This document shows, one piece after another, positions 40,291 to 53,168 of a stretch of 64,000 nucleotides of DNA. The stretch covers positions 1,998 to 65,997 of the forward strand of contig PDRO01000008.1 in NCBI GenBank assembly GCA_002748155.1, given 5' to 3'. Below the pieces are notes generated by a model, which saw only the letters and a list, made by a program, of their open reading frames with translations, searched no databases and was not told the DNA's origin. A program made the translations under genes and the position numbers. Origin of the DNA: Actinomycetales bacterium (GTDB taxonomy: Bacteria > Actinomycetota > Actinomycetes > Actinomycetales > Dermatophilaceae). Numbering within the stretch: the first letter of the stretch is position 1; each line of letters starts with the position of its first letter.

Positions 40291-40328
40291 TGCTCCCGGA
40301 CGTGGCCGGGCAGGGGCGCTCGGGAGCA
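40291..40328 (+). terminator. Stem-loop downstream of aroQ (possible terminator or RNA structure)
   Basis: A perfect 8-bp inverted repeat, tgctcccg (40291-40298) and cgggagca (40321-40328), flanks a 22-nt G+C-rich loop. It lies 23 nt after the aroQ stop. Confidence 0.3.
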
Positions 40329-40439
40329 GTCCGTCAGCACGCGGCACACGTTGGGTAGACCTCGCGTAGACTGGCGCGGTTCCCGACCTGACCTGACTGG
40401 GGTGACGCGCGCCCCGAGACCGACGAAGGATGCGACCTC

Positions 40440-41003
40440 GTGGCGACGACAAATGACCTCAAGAACGGCCTCGTGCTCAAGATCGACGGGCAGCTCTGGT
40501 CCGTCGTCGAGTTCCAACATGTCAAGCCCGGCAAAGGCCCGGCATTCGTGCGCACCAAACTCAAGAACGTGCTCTCCGGCAAAGTCGTCGACAAGACGTT
40601 CAACGCCGGTGTCAAGGTTGACACGGCCAACGTCGACAAGCGCACCATGCAATACCTCTACAAGGACGGCTCCGACTTCGTCTTCATGGACAACGACACC
40701 TACGACCAGGTGCACGTCTCCGCGGAGACCGTCGGCACGGCGGCCAACTACCTGCTGGAGGCCCAGAACGCCATCGTGGCCACCCACGAGGGTGCGCCGC
40801 TCTATGTCGAGCTGCCGGCCGCGGTGGTCCTGGAGATCACCTTCACCGAGCCCGGTCTGCAGGGAGACCGTTCCACCGGGGGCACCAAACCGGCGACTCT
40901 CGAGACCGGCGCGCAGATCTCGGTGCCGCTCTTCCTCGAGTCCGGCACCAAGGTCAAGGTTGACACCCGCGACGGGTCTTACCTCGGCCGCGTCAACGAC
41001 TGA
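40440..41003 (+). CDS. efp: Elongation factor P
   Basis: The canonical sequence is present: [46 protein letters not shown]. Confidence 0.95.
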   Translation: MATTNDLKNGLVLKIDGQLWSVVEFQHVKPGKGPAFVRTKLKNVLSGKVVDKTFNAGVKVDTANVDKRTMQYLYKDGSDFVFMDNDTYDQVHVSAETVGTAANYLLEAQNAIVATHEGAPLYVELPAAVVLEITFTEPGLQGDRSTGGTKPATLETGAQISVPLFLESGTKVKVDTRDGSYLGRVND

Positions 41004-41005
41004 GA

Positions 41006-41419
41006 ATGGGCGCGCGCACCAAGGCCCGGAAACGGGCACTGGATCTGCTTTTCGAGGCCGACCAACGGGGGGTCAACGTCCAAGTCCTCCTTGACGAACG
41101 GGTCGATCACCCGCGCACGCCGGCCCCGCTGCCGGCATACACGATCACGCTTGTCGAAGGTGTCGTCGCCCACTGGACCGACATCGAAGAGCTGCTCGCC
41201 ACCTATAGCCAAGGATGGACGATCGCCCGGATGCCGGCGGTCGACCGGGCGCTGCTGCGACTGGCCACCTGGGAGGTCGTCTACAACGACGACGTGCCCG
41301 AGGCAGTCGCGATCGCCGAGGCTGTTGCGCTGGCCAAGGAGCTGAGCACCGACGAGTCGCCCGGATTCGTCAACGGGCTGCTCGGCCGGATCGCCGAGGT
41401 CAAGCCGACCCTGTCGTGA
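41006..41419 (+). CDS. nusB: Transcription antitermination factor NusB
   Basis: It has a KARKRALDLLFEAD N-terminus and VPEAVAIAEAVALAKELS...FVNGLL. It follows efp directly, as in mycobacteria. Confidence 0.9.
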   Translation: MGARTKARKRALDLLFEADQRGVNVQVLLDERVDHPRTPAPLPAYTITLVEGVVAHWTDIEELLATYSQGWTIARMPAVDRALLRLATWEVVYNDDVPEAVAIAEAVALAKELSTDESPGFVNGLLGRIAEVKPTLS

Positions 41420-41435
41420 CGCCGCTCGGCGAGCG

Positions 41436-42839
41436 CTAGCCCAATCCGCAGAGGCGGTCGTATTCCAGCTCCATGTGCTGCCAGAGACGGTCGGCATCCG
41501 GGACGAGTTCGGCGCAGGTGGCGATCCCGACGTCGAGGTGACCCTGGTAACCGTGGACCGTGATGTTGATCCCGATGCCTTCGAAGACCGGGGCCAGCGG
41601 GTGTTGCGCCTGCACTTGCCGATTCCCGACGAAGAGCACGTCGTCGAACATCGGCACGTTCGAGATGACCAGGTTGATCGGCGTGGGCAGCAGATCCATG
41701 AGATGCAGGGTCTCCGACGTGTGCGCGGCGGTGCTCAGGGCGGTCGCGAAGAAGCGGGACGCCGTGTTCAGGCTGTGTTCGTCGAGCCAGGTGTGTTCCT
41801 TGGATCGCTGCATGGCCTCGTGGGCCTCTTGCAGCCGGGCGAGCGAGTCGGTGACCTGGGTCGGGATCTCGCACAGGGAGATGTCGATGCGGTTGGCGCC
41901 GTTGTGGTTGGCCTCGGTCTGACGGGCCGATAGCGGCACGAGTGCCACCAGGGGACCCTTGGGCAGGGCATCGCGGCCGATCAGCCAGTCACGCAGCGAC
42001 GCGGCGATCGTGGCGTGCAGGATGTCGTTGACCGTGACACCGTAGCGGCGGCGTACCGGCCGGCTGGCCTCGATGTCGAAAGAGCCGAAGGCCCACGCCC
42101 GGCGATCGCTCACGCTGCGGTTGAACGGGGTCTGCGGTGCCGACACGAGCTTGCCGACCGCGGAACGCACGGCATCCACGGGTGTGGTGACCACTGAGCG
42201 GACAGTGTCCCCGGGTGAGGTGATCACCGACCGGGCACCGCTGACCGCCGCGCCCGCGCCCCAGAGGGTGTTGTTCACCGCACTGCGGGCGAGCAACTCT
42301 GCTCGGTGCGGTGCGTCGCGCAGCACGACATCGGGTTCACGCTCCGACACGCCCGGCACACTCTCCGGTCCGAGCAGGGCGTCGAGGATCCGGCGCATCT
42401 GGAAGCCGTCGGCGATGACGTGGTGGACCTTGGTCATGACAGCCGACGTGGCGTGGGTCGGGTCGTGCAGCAGATGCACTTCCCACAAGGGGTGGTCTCG
42501 ATCCAGGTGGGTCATGGCGATCTCGGTGACCTGCTCGACCAGCAACGAGAGGCCGCCCGGGGCCGGGATCTGGTGCTCGAACACGTGGTTGCCCAGATCG
42601 AAATCAGCGTCATCGACCCACCAGGGCCGGTCCACGAGATCGATGACCGGAGCAACGTGCTGCAGCCGCCGGCGCAGCGAGGGCATCCGTCGGACGCCCA
42701 GGGCGATCTGCCGGCGCAGCGTGCGCATCGTCACCGGCCCCTCCAACGGCAGGTAGAGGCAGACGTGACCGGTGGTGGTGGGCCCGTCGAGCGCCAGATA
42801 GGCAGCATCGAGTGGGCGCAGTTGTTCGGCGTAGGTCAT
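41436..42839 (-). CDS. Wax ester synthase/diacylglycerol acyltransferase (WS/DGAT) family protein
   Basis: The catalytic HHxxxDG motif is present as KVHHVIADGFQ. The 467-aa length and the N-terminal PLDAAYL pattern are typical of the family. Confidence 0.8.
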   Translation of the reverse strand: MTYAEQLRPLDAAYLALDGPTTTGHVCLYLPLEGPVTMRTLRRQIALGVRRMPSLRRRLQHVAPVIDLVDRPWWVDDADFDLGNHVFEHQIPAPGGLSLLVEQVTEIAMTHLDRDHPLWEVHLLHDPTHATSAVMTKVHHVIADGFQMRRILDALLGPESVPGVSEREPDVVLRDAPHRAELLARSAVNNTLWGAGAAVSGARSVITSPGDTVRSVVTTPVDAVRSAVGKLVSAPQTPFNRSVSDRRAWAFGSFDIEASRPVRRRYGVTVNDILHATIAASLRDWLIGRDALPKGPLVALVPLSARQTEANHNGANRIDISLCEIPTQVTDSLARLQEAHEAMQRSKEHTWLDEHSLNTASRFFATALSTAAHTSETLHLMDLLPTPINLVISNVPMFDDVLFVGNRQVQAQHPLAPVFEGIGINITVHGYQGHLDVGIATCAELVPDADRLWQHMELEYDRLCGLG

Positions 42840-42979
42840 CGGTGTCCTTCGTGGTCTTTCGTGCCGGTCCGTCGTGACGTCGTCGCTGCCCGAGACTACC
42901 CATCGGATCCGCCGACCGGCTATCGGATCCGCCGACCGGCATCCGGTCCAGTGGCGATCGTGTCACGGCCCCGGGATAG

Positions 42980-44549
<1,570 letters not shown>

Positions 44550-44553
<4 letters not shown>

Positions 44554-45899
44554 CACCGGCCGGCGAAGAACTGCTGCTGCGTGGCGCCCGGGTCCTCGGC
44601 GAGCACGCTGCCGACGTGCTCGTCCGGGACGGCGTGATCGTGCAGATCGACCACGCGACCGGCTCCGGGGTGAAGGTATCGACGAAGAACCGCACGGTGG
44701 TCGACGGCGAGGGCCTCGTGCTGCTGCCCGGACTGGTCGACATGCACACCCACCTGCGTGAGCCGGGCCGGGAAGACGCCGAGACCATCGCCTCCGGGTC
44801 TGCGGCGGCCGCCGCCGGCGGTTTCACGGCGGTGCTGGCGATGGCGAACACCGATCCGGCCTGCGACACCGCCGAAGTCGCCGAGCGTGTGCTCGACCTG
44901 GGGCGGGCCGTCGATCTGGTCGACGTCATCCCCATCGGGTCGGTATCCAAAGGCCTGGCCGGCCAGGAGCTGGCCGAGCTGGGTCTGATGGCCCGCTCCC
45001 GTGCCCGGGTCCGGGTCTTCTCCGACGACGGCCGGTGCGTGCAGGATGCGCGGCTCATGCGGCGGGCACTCGACTACATCAAGGCATTCGACGGGGTCAT
45101 CTCGCAGCACTCCCAGGACTCCCGACTGGCCGACGGTCGCGCGTGCTGCCACGAGGGTGAGCTAGCCGGCCGGCTCGGCCTGCCGCCCTGGCCCGCGGCC
45201 GCCGAGGAGGTGATCGTGGCCCGGGACGTGCAACTGGCCCGGCATACCGGCTCACGGGTGCACGTCGCGCATGCCTCGACGGCCGCGTCCATCGACGTGG
45301 TGCGGTGGGCCAAGGCCAAGGGCATCGCGGTGACCGCCGAGGCGACCCCGCATCACCTGGCTCTGGGCACCGAGCTACTCAGCGGCTACGACCCGGTCTT
45401 TAAGGTCAACCCACCGCTTCGCCCCACCGAGGATCAGCTCGCGTTACGGCACGCGGTCGCCGATGGCACGGTCGACATCATTGCCACCGACCACGCCCCA
45501 CACGCCCGGCACGACAAAGAGCATGCCTTCCCCGACGCGGCTTTCGGGATGCTCGGCCTGGAGACGGCGCTCGGCGTCGTGGCCGACACGCTGGTGCATG
45601 GCGAGGTCACCCTGAGCTGGGCTGACGTCGCCCGGGTGATGTCCCATGCTCCGGCCCGGATCGCCCGGCTGCCCGACCAGGGTCGCCCGATCGCAGTCGG
45701 CGAACCGGCCAACCTCACTCTCGTCGACCCCGACGCCCGGTGGACGGTCGACGCCGACGCCTCCTACAGCCGCTCGCGCAACAACCCGTGGCACGGGCGC
45801 ACACTACGCGGGCAGGTTGTCGCGACCTTCCGCCGCGGCGAATGCACCGCCTGGCGGGGCCGGATCCGCGGACAGTTCGACAGCAAGGAGATCGGATGA
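44550..45899 (+). CDS. pyrC: Dihydroorotase (or dihydroorotase-like)
   Basis: The amidohydrolase metal motif [10 protein letters not shown] is present, with later [11 protein letters not shown] overlaps occur on both sides. Confidence 0.9.
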
Positions 45900-47071
45900 A
45901 CAGCGCTGCGCCCCAGCGTGATCCGGCTGTACTGGTATTGGAGGACGGGCGGATCTTCCACGGCCGGTCCTTCGGTGCCATCGGCGAAACGGTGGGTGAG
46001 GCGGTCTTCTCGACCGGGATGACCGGCTATCAGGAGACGCTGACCGACCCGAGCTACCGGCGACAGGTCGTCGTTATGACCGCCCCGCACGTCGGCAACA
46101 CCGGATGGAACGACGAGGACGACGAGTCCAGCCGGATCTGGGTGGCCGGCTACGTCGTCCGTGACCCGGCGCTACGGCCCTCCAACTGGCGCTCACGCCG
46201 GTCACTGGAGGACGAGTTGCGTGCCCAAGGCATCGTCGGAGTCTGCGAGATCGACACTCGTGCGTTGACCCGGCACCTGCGTGAGCGGGGTGCGATGCGA
46301 GTCGGGCTGTTCTCCGGTGCGGCCTGCGCCGTTCCGGAGGCCGAGCTGCTGCAGAAGGTCTTGGCCGCACCGAAGATGACCGGTGCCGAGCTCGCTTCCG
46401 AGGTCTCGACCGTTGAGTCGTATCGGGTTCCGGCCGTCGGACAGCGCCGGTTCGTCGTCGCCGCGATCGATCTCGGCATCAAGGGCATGACGCCGGCGCT
46501 GATGGCCGAAGAAGGCATCGAGGTTTATGTCCTGCCGGCCACCGCGACCATCGACGACGTGCTCGACGTCGCTGACGGATCCGGACCCGACGGGGTGTTT
46601 TTCTCCAACGGCCCCGGCGATCCGGCCACCGCAGACCTCACCCTGCTCACGGAGGTGCTCGACCGGCGGATCCCCTGCTTCGGCATCTGCTTCGGCAACC
46701 AACTGCTGGGCCGGGCCCTCGGGCTGGACACCTACAAGCTCAAGTACGGTCACCGCGGCATCAACCAGCCGGTGCTCGACCGGGCCACCGGCACAGTCGA
46801 GGTGACCGCTCACAACCACGGGTTCGCGATCCGCTGGCCCGGCTCGATCGACGAGCCCGTCGACAGCGGCTACGGCCGGGTGCGGGTCAGCCATATCTGT
46901 CTCAACGACGATGTCGTCGAAGGCCTGGAATGCCTTGACGTGCCGGCCTTCTCCGTGCAATACCACCCGGAGGCGGCGGCCGGGCCGCACGACTCGGCAT
47001 ACCTCTTCGGCAGATTCACCGCCCTGATGGCGAACAACCCGTGGAAGGCAGGCGCCCGTGCCCAGGCGTGA
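45896..47071 (+). CDS. carA: Carbamoyl-phosphate synthase small (glutaminase) subunit
   Basis: Motifs present: [25 protein letters not shown] (catalytic Cys) and the HPE motif. The start is set to the ATG at 45896, which overlaps the pyrC stop (ATGA). Confidence 0.9.
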   Translation: MNSAAPQRDPAVLVLEDGRIFHGRSFGAIGETVGEAVFSTGMTGYQETLTDPSYRRQVVVMTAPHVGNTGWNDEDDESSRIWVAGYVVRDPALRPSNWRSRRSLEDELRAQGIVGVCEIDTRALTRHLRERGAMRVGLFSGAACAVPEAELLQKVLAAPKMTGAELASEVSTVESYRVPAVGQRRFVVAAIDLGIKGMTPALMAEEGIEVYVLPATATIDDVLDVADGSGPDGVFFSNGPGDPATADLTLLTEVLDRRIPCFGICFGNQLLGRALGLDTYKLKYGHRGINQPVLDRATGTVEVTAHNHGFAIRWPGSIDEPVDSGYGRVRVSHICLNDDVVEGLECLDVPAFSVQYHPEAAAGPHDSAYLFGRFTALMANNPWKAGARAQA

Positions 47072-50000
47072 GGACATCAGCAGCGTCCTGGTCATCGGCT
47101 CCGGACCGATCGTCATCGGGCAGGCTTGCGAATTCGACTATTCGGGCACTCAGGCCTGCCGGGTGCTGCGCGACGAGGGCATCCGGGTCGTGTTGGTCAA
47201 CTCCAACCCGGCGACGATCATGACCGATCCCGAGTTTGCCGCCGCCACCTACGTCGAGCCGATCACCGCCGAGGTCGTCGAAGCGATCATCGCCAAGGAA
47301 CGACCCGACGCCGTGCTTGCCACCCTCGGTGGGCAGACCGCGCTCAACTGCGCGATGGAGCTTCATCAGCGCGGGGTGCTCGAGCGCTACGACTGCCCGC
47401 TCATCGGGGCCAACGTTCACGCGATCGAGCTCGGCGAGGACCGCGAGCAGTTCAAAGGCGTCGTCGAACGGTGTGGAGCCGAGTCGGCCCGGTCGGTCAT
47501 CTGCAACGCCGACGACGCGCCCGAGGGCAGTAGTGAATCCGCCAAGGTCGATCATGCCCTGGGCAAGGCGGTGGCGGCTGCTGAGACCCTCGGCTACCCG
47601 GTTGTTGTGCGGCCGTCGTTCACCATGGGTGGGCTCGGCTCAGGCTTCGCTTATGACGAGGCTGACTTGCGCCGGATCGTCGGTGCCGGACTGCAGTATT
47701 CCCCGGTGACCGAGGTGCTGCTCGAGGAGTCGATCCTCGGGTGGAAGGAATTCGAGCTCGAGGTCATGCGCGACCACAAGGACAACGTCGTCGTGGTCTG
47801 CTCGATCGAGAATCTCGACCCAATGGGGGTGCACACCGGTGACTCGATCACGGTCGCCCCGGCACTGACGCTCACCGACCGCGAATACCAACGGCTGCGC
47901 GACATCGGGATCGCGGTCATCCGCGAGGTCGGCGTCGACACCGGCGGCTGCAACATCCAGTTCGCGGTCAACCCGCGTGACGGCCGGATCATCGTCATCG
48001 AGATGAACCCACGGGTGTCTCGCTCCAGTGCACTGGCGTCCAAGGCCACCGGCTTCCCGATCGCCAAGATCGCCGCGAAGATGGCCATCGGCTACACCCT
48101 CGACGAGGTGCCCAACGACATCACCCGGGAAACCCCGGCCTCTTTCGAACCGACCCTCGACTACATCGTCGTCAAAGTGCCGCGATTCGCCTTTGAGAAG
48201 TTCCCGGGCGCCGACGACACCCTGACCACGACGATGAAGTCAGTCGGTGAAGCAATGGCATTGGGGCGCAACTTCACCGAGTCGCTGCAGAAAGCACTGC
48301 GCTCGGTCGAGCGCAGCGAGTCCAGTTTTCACTGGCACGGCCCGGAGCCGGACGCCGCCGACGTGACACGCCTGCTGGCCAGCGCCCGGCGGCCCACCGA
48401 CGGTCGGATCGTCACCGTGCAGCAAGCGATGCGCGGCGGGGCCACGGTCGAGCAGGTCGCCGAGGTCACCGGCATCGACCCATGGTTCCTCGACCAGATC
48501 GGGCTCATCAACGAGATCGCCGAGCAGGTCCGCGCCGCCGACCGGTTGCGTCCCGACCTGCTCGCCCTGGCCAAACGCCACGGCTTCTCCGACCGTCAAC
48601 TCGCGTCACTGCGCGGGATGCCCGAGGACGTCGTGCGTGGGGTGCGACATGCCCTGGGCATCCGGCCGGTCTTCAAGACGGTCGACACGTGTGCCGCCGA
48701 ATTCGCCGCCCGGACGCCGTATCACTACTCCTCCTACGACGAGGAGACCGAGGTCGCACCTCGCGAACGGGAGGCGGTGATCATCCTCGGCTCCGGGCCC
48801 AACCGGATCGGTCAAGGAGTCGAGTTCGACTACTCGTGTGTGCACGCGAGTTTCGCACTGCGTGAAGCCGGCTACGACACGGTCATGGTCAACTGCAATC
48901 CGGAGACGGTGTCCACCGACTACGACACGAGCAGCCGGCTCTACTTCGAGCCGTTGACTCTCGAAGATGTCCTGGAGGTCTACGAGGCCGAACGGGCGGC
49001 CGGCCCGATCGCCGGGGTCGTCGTGCAACTCGGTGGCCAGACCCCACTGGGGCTCGCCCAGGCGTTGAAGAACGCCGGTGTGCCCATCGTCGGCACCTCA
49101 CCCGAAGCGATTCACCTAGCCGAAGACCGTGGAGCCTTCGGCCGGGTGCTGGCCGAGGCGGGTCTGCCGGCACCCCGGCACGGCACCGCGACAAGCGTCG
49201 ACGAAGCCCTCGAGGTCGCCCACGAGATCGGCTATCCGGTGCTCGTGCGCCCGTCCTACGTGCTCGGCGGGCGAGGGATGCAGATCGTCTACGACGACGA
49301 CACCCTGACCACCTATGTCGAGCAGGCGACGATCGCCTCACCTGAGCATCCGATCCTCGTCGACCGCTTCCTCGACGACGCCGTCGAGATCGACGTCGAT
49401 GCGCTCTACGACGGCGAGCAGATGTATCTCGGTGGCGTTATGGAGCACATCGAAGAGGCCGGCATCCACTCCGGCGACAGCGCCTGCGCGCTCCCGCCGA
49501 TGACGTTGGGCGACGCCGAGATCGAGTGGGTGCGCGCCTCGACACTGGCGCTGGCCGAGGGGATCGGTGTCCGTGGGTTGATGAACGTGCAGTTCGCACT
49601 CGCCCAGGACGTGCTCTACGTGCTCGAAGCCAACCCAAGGGCCTCCCGCACCGTCCCGTTCGTCGCGAAAGCAACGGGTGTGCCGCTGGCCAAGGCCGCA
49701 TCCCGGGTGATGCTCGGCGCGACTGTCGAGCAACTACGCCGTGAGGGCATCCTGCCCCCCGAGGGTGACGGTGGGTCGTTGCCGTCGCACGCCCCGATGT
49801 CGGTCAAGGAAGCGGTGCTGCCCTTCAACCGGTTCCGTACCGTCGAGGGGGAGACCGTCGACGCGGTGCTCGGCCCCGAGATGAAATCGACCGGTGAGGT
49901 CATGGGCATCGACACCGACTTCGGGACCGCCTTCGCCAAGAGCCAGCTCGCCGCATACGGCGGATTGCCCCAGTCGGGCACTGTCTTCGTCTCCATCGCC

Positions 50001-50423
50001 AACCGTGACAAGCGCGCCATGCTCTTCCCGATCCGGGCCCTGGCCGAGCTGGGCTTCCAGATCCTGGCCACCTCGGGCACGGCAGACGTGTTGCGGCGCA
50101 ACGGAATCAAAGCCGAGGTGGTGCGCAAGATCACCGAGCAGGGCGAAACCCCCGAGACCGCCGACGAGCGCACCATCGCCGAACGCATCCTGGCCGGGGA
50201 GATCGACATGATCGTCAACACCCCGACCGGGCAGCATGCCCGCGCCGACGGCTACGCCATCCGGGCGGCTGCGATCCTCGCCGCCAAGACCCTGATCACG
50301 ACGATGCAGGAGTTCGGTGCCGCCGTGCAGGCGATCGAGTCGATGCGCTCCTCGCCGATCCGGGTTGCGTCGTTGCAGGAGCATGCCCGGGCGCTTGATC
50401 TGTATGCCGGTGGGCGCCGATGA
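47058..50423 (+). CDS. carB: Carbamoyl-phosphate synthase large subunit
   Basis: The 1121-aa protein has duplicated ATP-grasp halves ([24 protein letters not shown] and [24 protein letters not shown]) and an MGS-like C-terminal domain. Confidence 0.95.
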   Translation: MPRREDISSVLVIGSGPIVIGQACEFDYSGTQACRVLRDEGIRVVLVNSNPATIMTDPEFAAATYVEPITAEVVEAIIAKERPDAVLATLGGQTALNCAMELHQRGVLERYDCPLIGANVHAIELGEDREQFKGVVERCGAESARSVICNADDAPEGSSESAKVDHALGKAVAAAETLGYPVVVRPSFTMGGLGSGFAYDEADLRRIVGAGLQYSPVTEVLLEESILGWKEFELEVMRDHKDNVVVVCSIENLDPMGVHTGDSITVAPALTLTDREYQRLRDIGIAVIREVGVDTGGCNIQFAVNPRDGRIIVIEMNPRVSRSSALASKATGFPIAKIAAKMAIGYTLDEVPNDITRETPASFEPTLDYIVVKVPRFAFEKFPGADDTLTTTMKSVGEAMALGRNFTESLQKALRSVERSESSFHWHGPEPDAADVTRLLASARRPTDGRIVTVQQAMRGGATVEQVAEVTGIDPWFLDQIGLINEIAEQVRAADRLRPDLLALAKRHGFSDRQLASLRGMPEDVVRGVRHALGIRPVFKTVDTCAAEFAARTPYHYSSYDEETEVAPREREAVIILGSGPNRIGQGVEFDYSCVHASFALREAGYDTVMVNCNPETVSTDYDTSSRLYFEPLTLEDVLEVYEAERAAGPIAGVVVQLGGQTPLGLAQALKNAGVPIVGTSPEAIHLAEDRGAFGRVLAEAGLPAPRHGTATSVDEALEVAHEIGYPVLVRPSYVLGGRGMQIVYDDDTLTTYVEQATIASPEHPILVDRFLDDAVEIDVDALYDGEQMYLGGVMEHIEEAGIHSGDSACALPPMTLGDAEIEWVRASTLALAEGIGVRGLMNVQFALAQDVLYVLEANPRASRTVPFVAKATGVPLAKAASRVMLGATVEQLRREGILPPEGDGGSLPSHAPMSVKEAVLPFNRFRTVEGETVDAVLGPEMKSTGEVMGIDTDFGTAFAKSQLAAYGGLPQSGTVFVSIANRDKRAMLFPIRALAELGFQILATSGTADVLRRNGIKAEVVRKITEQGETPETADERTIAERILAGEIDMIVNTPTGQHARADGYAIRAAAILAAKTLITTMQEFGAAVQAIESMRSSPIRVASLQEHARALDLYAGGRR

Positions 50424-51286
50424 GCGGGCCCGTCGCGGTGACCGGCCGGCTGGTCGACACGCGCCCCGCCGGGGCCTACCGCTGGCTCCGGATCGAGGCA
50501 CCAGAGGTGGCCCGATCCGCTCAGCCCGGACAGTTCGTGGCGCTCGCGGTCGGGGGAACCACGTCCGCGCATCTGCTGCGTCGCTGCTTCTCGATCCACC
50601 GGGTCGACGTCGGAGCCGGATTCGTCGAGATCGTCGTCGCTGCCCACGGGCCGGGCACGGTGTGGCTCGTCGGCCGCACCCCGGGAGAGCCGGTCGAGAT
50701 TGCCGGGCCGCTAGGTGCAGCATTCCCGATGCCCGAAGCGGCGACACCGTCGGTCCTTGTCGGGGGCGGCTACGGCAGCTCACCCCTGTTCTGGCTCGCC
50801 GACGAACTGCGTGCTCGCGGATGCCACGTCGAGTTTGTCCTCGGCGCTGCCGACTCAGACCATCTTTTCGGTGTCGATCTCGCCGGAGCCTGCGCCGACG
50901 CCGTCGAGGTCACGACCGACGACGGGTCGTCGGGCACCCAAGGCTGGGTCACTGTCGTGCTGCCCGAGGTGCTGAAACGCTGCCACGGGCGCATCGTCTA
51001 CGCCTGCGGGCCGATGGCCATGCTGCGCTCGATCACCGAGCAGGCGGCTGAAGCCGGGGCGGTGGCCCAGGTGGCGGTCGAGGAAGCCATGGCCTGCGGA
51101 GTCGGGATCTGCATGACCTGCGTGCTGCCGGTGCGTCGCGACGACGACAGCACGGTCATGGTGCGGTCTTGCCTCGACGGCCCGGTTTTCCGGGGTGACC
51201 GAGTCCGTTGGGACGCGTTCGCGGACGGCTACTGCCTGGTGCCCGCCGACACGGTCGGCGCACCCCAGCCGGTGGGAGGCCACTAA
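50420..51286 (+). CDS. pyrK: Dihydroorotate dehydrogenase (class 1B) electron-transfer subunit PyrK
   Basis: It has a ferredoxin-reductase-like fold (RCFSIH FAD motif, [13 protein letters not shown] loop). A C-terminal 2Fe-2S Cys cluster is present ([11 protein letters not shown] ... C). The start overlaps the carB stop (ATGA). Confidence 0.8.
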   Translation: MSGPVAVTGRLVDTRPAGAYRWLRIEAPEVARSAQPGQFVALAVGGTTSAHLLRRCFSIHRVDVGAGFVEIVVAAHGPGTVWLVGRTPGEPVEIAGPLGAAFPMPEAATPSVLVGGGYGSSPLFWLADELRARGCHVEFVLGAADSDHLFGVDLAGACADAVEVTTDDGSSGTQGWVTVVLPEVLKRCHGRIVYACGPMAMLRSITEQAAEAGAVAQVAVEEAMACGVGICMTCVLPVRRDDDSTVMVRSCLDGPVFRGDRVRWDAFADGYCLVPADTVGAPQPVGGH

Positions 51287-52269
51287 TGCCGGGGGGCGAG
51301 CCGGCCGACCCGACCTCCGCAGTGCGGATGGGCATCGACCTGGCCGGCATGGCGCTGCCGAACCCGCTGATGACCGCCTCCGGTTGCGCAGCCAACGGCC
51401 AGGAGCTGCATCGCTTCTTCGATATCTCCCGCCTCGGGGCGTTCGTCACCAAGACGGTCATGGCCGCCCCTCGCAGCGGGCGCGGCACTCCCAGGATGGC
51501 CGAGACTCCTTCCGGGATGCTCAACAGCATCGGTCTGCAAGGCCCGGGCATCGAAGCGTTCTGCGCCCGCGACCTGCCCTGGCTGGCGTCGGTCGGTGCC
51601 CGGGTGCTGGTCTCGGTCGCCGGTGGCAGCGTCGACGAATTCGCTTCCGTGGCAGCCGCAGTGGGCAGCAATCCGGCGGCAGGCGTGGCCTGCGGGATCG
51701 AAGTCAACATCTCGTGCCCCAACGTCGCCAGTCGCGGCCAGGTCTTCGCCATCGACCCGGCGGCCTCCGCCGCCGTCGTGCGAGCCGTGCGCGAAACGGT
51801 GGCACCCGGCATACCCGTGTTCGCGAAACTCAGCCCCGACGTCACCGACCTCGTCGAGGTTGCCGCAGCCGTCCTCGATGCCGGCGCCGACGGGTTGACC
51901 TTGATCAACACGACCCTCGGGATGGCCATCGACACCGAGCGAATGCGACCGCATCTGGCCGGTGTCACCGGAGGACTCTCCGGCCCGGCGATCCGACCTA
52001 TCGCCGTGCGCGCTATCTGGCAGGTGCACGGGGCGATGCGTGGCGGACGGATCCGATCGGCACCGATCATCGGGGTCGGGGGAGTGCGGACCGGGGCCGA
52101 CGCACTCGAGCTGGTTGCTGCCGGCGCATCGGCCGTGCAAGTCGGCACCGCCACCTTCAACGACCCCATGGCTCCGGTGCGAGTCCTCGACGAGCTCACC
52201 GAACTGCTTGCCCGACGCGGGTATGCCGCGTTCGACGAAGTGGTCGGAGCCGCCCAGCCGCGCCCGTGA
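51286..52269 (+). CDS. pyrD: Dihydroorotate dehydrogenase catalytic subunit (class 1B)
   Basis: Motifs present: NPLMTASGC, EVNISCPN (active-site Cys) and GGLSGPAIRPIA. The TAATG stop/start junction with pyrK shares 1 nt. Confidence 0.85.
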   Translation: MPGGEPADPTSAVRMGIDLAGMALPNPLMTASGCAANGQELHRFFDISRLGAFVTKTVMAAPRSGRGTPRMAETPSGMLNSIGLQGPGIEAFCARDLPWLASVGARVLVSVAGGSVDEFASVAAAVGSNPAAGVACGIEVNISCPNVASRGQVFAIDPAASAAVVRAVRETVAPGIPVFAKLSPDVTDLVEVAAAVLDAGADGLTLINTTLGMAIDTERMRPHLAGVTGGLSGPAIRPIAVRAIWQVHGAMRGGRIRSAPIIGVGGVRTGADALELVAAGASAVQVGTATFNDPMAPVRVLDELTELLARRGYAAFDEVVGAAQPRP

Positions 52270-52280
52270 GAGAGGACCCC

Positions 52281-53147
52281 ATGACCGAATCCGTTCGCTG
52301 CCCGTTCGGCGCCCGGCTCCGTGACACGATCCACGAGCGAGGGCCGCTGTGCGCCGGCATCGACCCGCACACCGAGCTGCTGCGGGCCTGGGAGCTACCG
52401 GTCAGCGTGGACGGTCTGGAGCGTTTCGCGATGACCTGCGTCGAGGCCTTCGCCGGCACGGTCGCCGTCGTCAAACCACAGTCCGCCTTCTTCGAAGTCT
52501 TCGGAGCCGCCGGCATCGGCGTGCTCGAGCGGGTCGTCGACGGGTTCCGGGGCAGCGGCACGCTCGTGCTGCTCGACGTCAAACGTGGGGACATCGGCTC
52601 GACCATGGCCGCCTACGCCCGGGCCTACCTCGCCGACGACAGCCCGCTGGCTGTCGACGCGATCACGGTCAGCCCGTATCTCGGCTACGAGTCGCTCCGC
52701 CCGGCTCTCGACCTGGCGGCGAGCACCGGACGCGGGGTCTTCGTGCTGGCCCTCACCTCGAACCCGGAGGGACCGTCGGTCCAGCACGCCACCCAGGCCG
52801 GACGGAGCGTCGCTGCCGGTGTCGTCGACGGGGTCCGGGGCGACAACGCCCCGGCGGCGCAGCGCGGTGAACTCGGCTCTGTCGGAATGGTGATCGGCGC
52901 GACCGTGGGAGATGCGGTCGAGCGACTGGGGCTCGACCTGGCCGGTGCGAACGCCCCACTGCTCGCGCCCGGTATCGGTGCTCAAGGCGGCACGGCGCAC
53001 AGCGTCCGGCGCGTCTTCGGAGCGGCGCTTCCGCAGGTGCTGGCCGCCAGCAGCCGGGAACTGCTGGCCGCTGGACCGGGAACACAACGGCTCCGCGAGC
53101 AGGCTCGGCACACGGCCGAGCAGCTGCGCGAGAGCTTGGGTCGCTGA
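52281..53147 (+). CDS. pyrF: Orotidine-5'-phosphate decarboxylase (long, type 2)
   Basis: Motifs present: LCAGIDPH, LLDVKRGDIGSTM and a PGIGAQGG C-terminal motif. The start is set to the ATG at 52281. The 5' 1.1 kb of the 650-aa ORF-track entry is an out-of-frame overlap of pyrD and is rejected. Confidence 0.85.
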   Translation: MTESVRCPFGARLRDTIHERGPLCAGIDPHTELLRAWELPVSVDGLERFAMTCVEAFAGTVAVVKPQSAFFEVFGAAGIGVLERVVDGFRGSGTLVLLDVKRGDIGSTMAAYARAYLADDSPLAVDAITVSPYLGYESLRPALDLAASTGRGVFVLALTSNPEGPSVQHATQAGRSVAAGVVDGVRGDNAPAAQRGELGSVGMVIGATVGDAVERLGLDLAGANAPLLAPGIGAQGGTAHSVRRVFGAALPQVLAASSRELLAAGPGTQRLREQARHTAEQLRESLGR

Positions 53148-53168
53148 CCGACCGGCATCCGGGTCACG

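Noticed and set aside
39510-41039. 509-aa minus-strand ORF opposite aroB, aroQ and efp
   Set aside because: It is antisense to three conserved genes and crosses an intergenic region. No motif is present, so I treat it as a compositional artefact. The same reasoning applies to the other long antisense ORFs in the track, such as 22038-23267(+), 25607-26818(-), 49734-50783(-), 51156-52370(-) and 58498-59733(-).
41436-42839. WS/DGAT gene between nusB and pyrR as a possible accessory insertion
   Set aside because: Its composition looks native. WS/DGAT paralogs are numerous and scattered in actinobacterial chromosomes, and nothing around the gene suggests mobility or unusual structure.
51195-52280. 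5' 1.1 kb of the 650-aa plus-strand ORF that ends as pyrF
   Set aside because: This part overlaps pyrD in another frame and is Arg/Pro/Gly-rich nonsense. OMP-decarboxylase similarity begins only at the ATG at 52281, which follows the pyrD stop.
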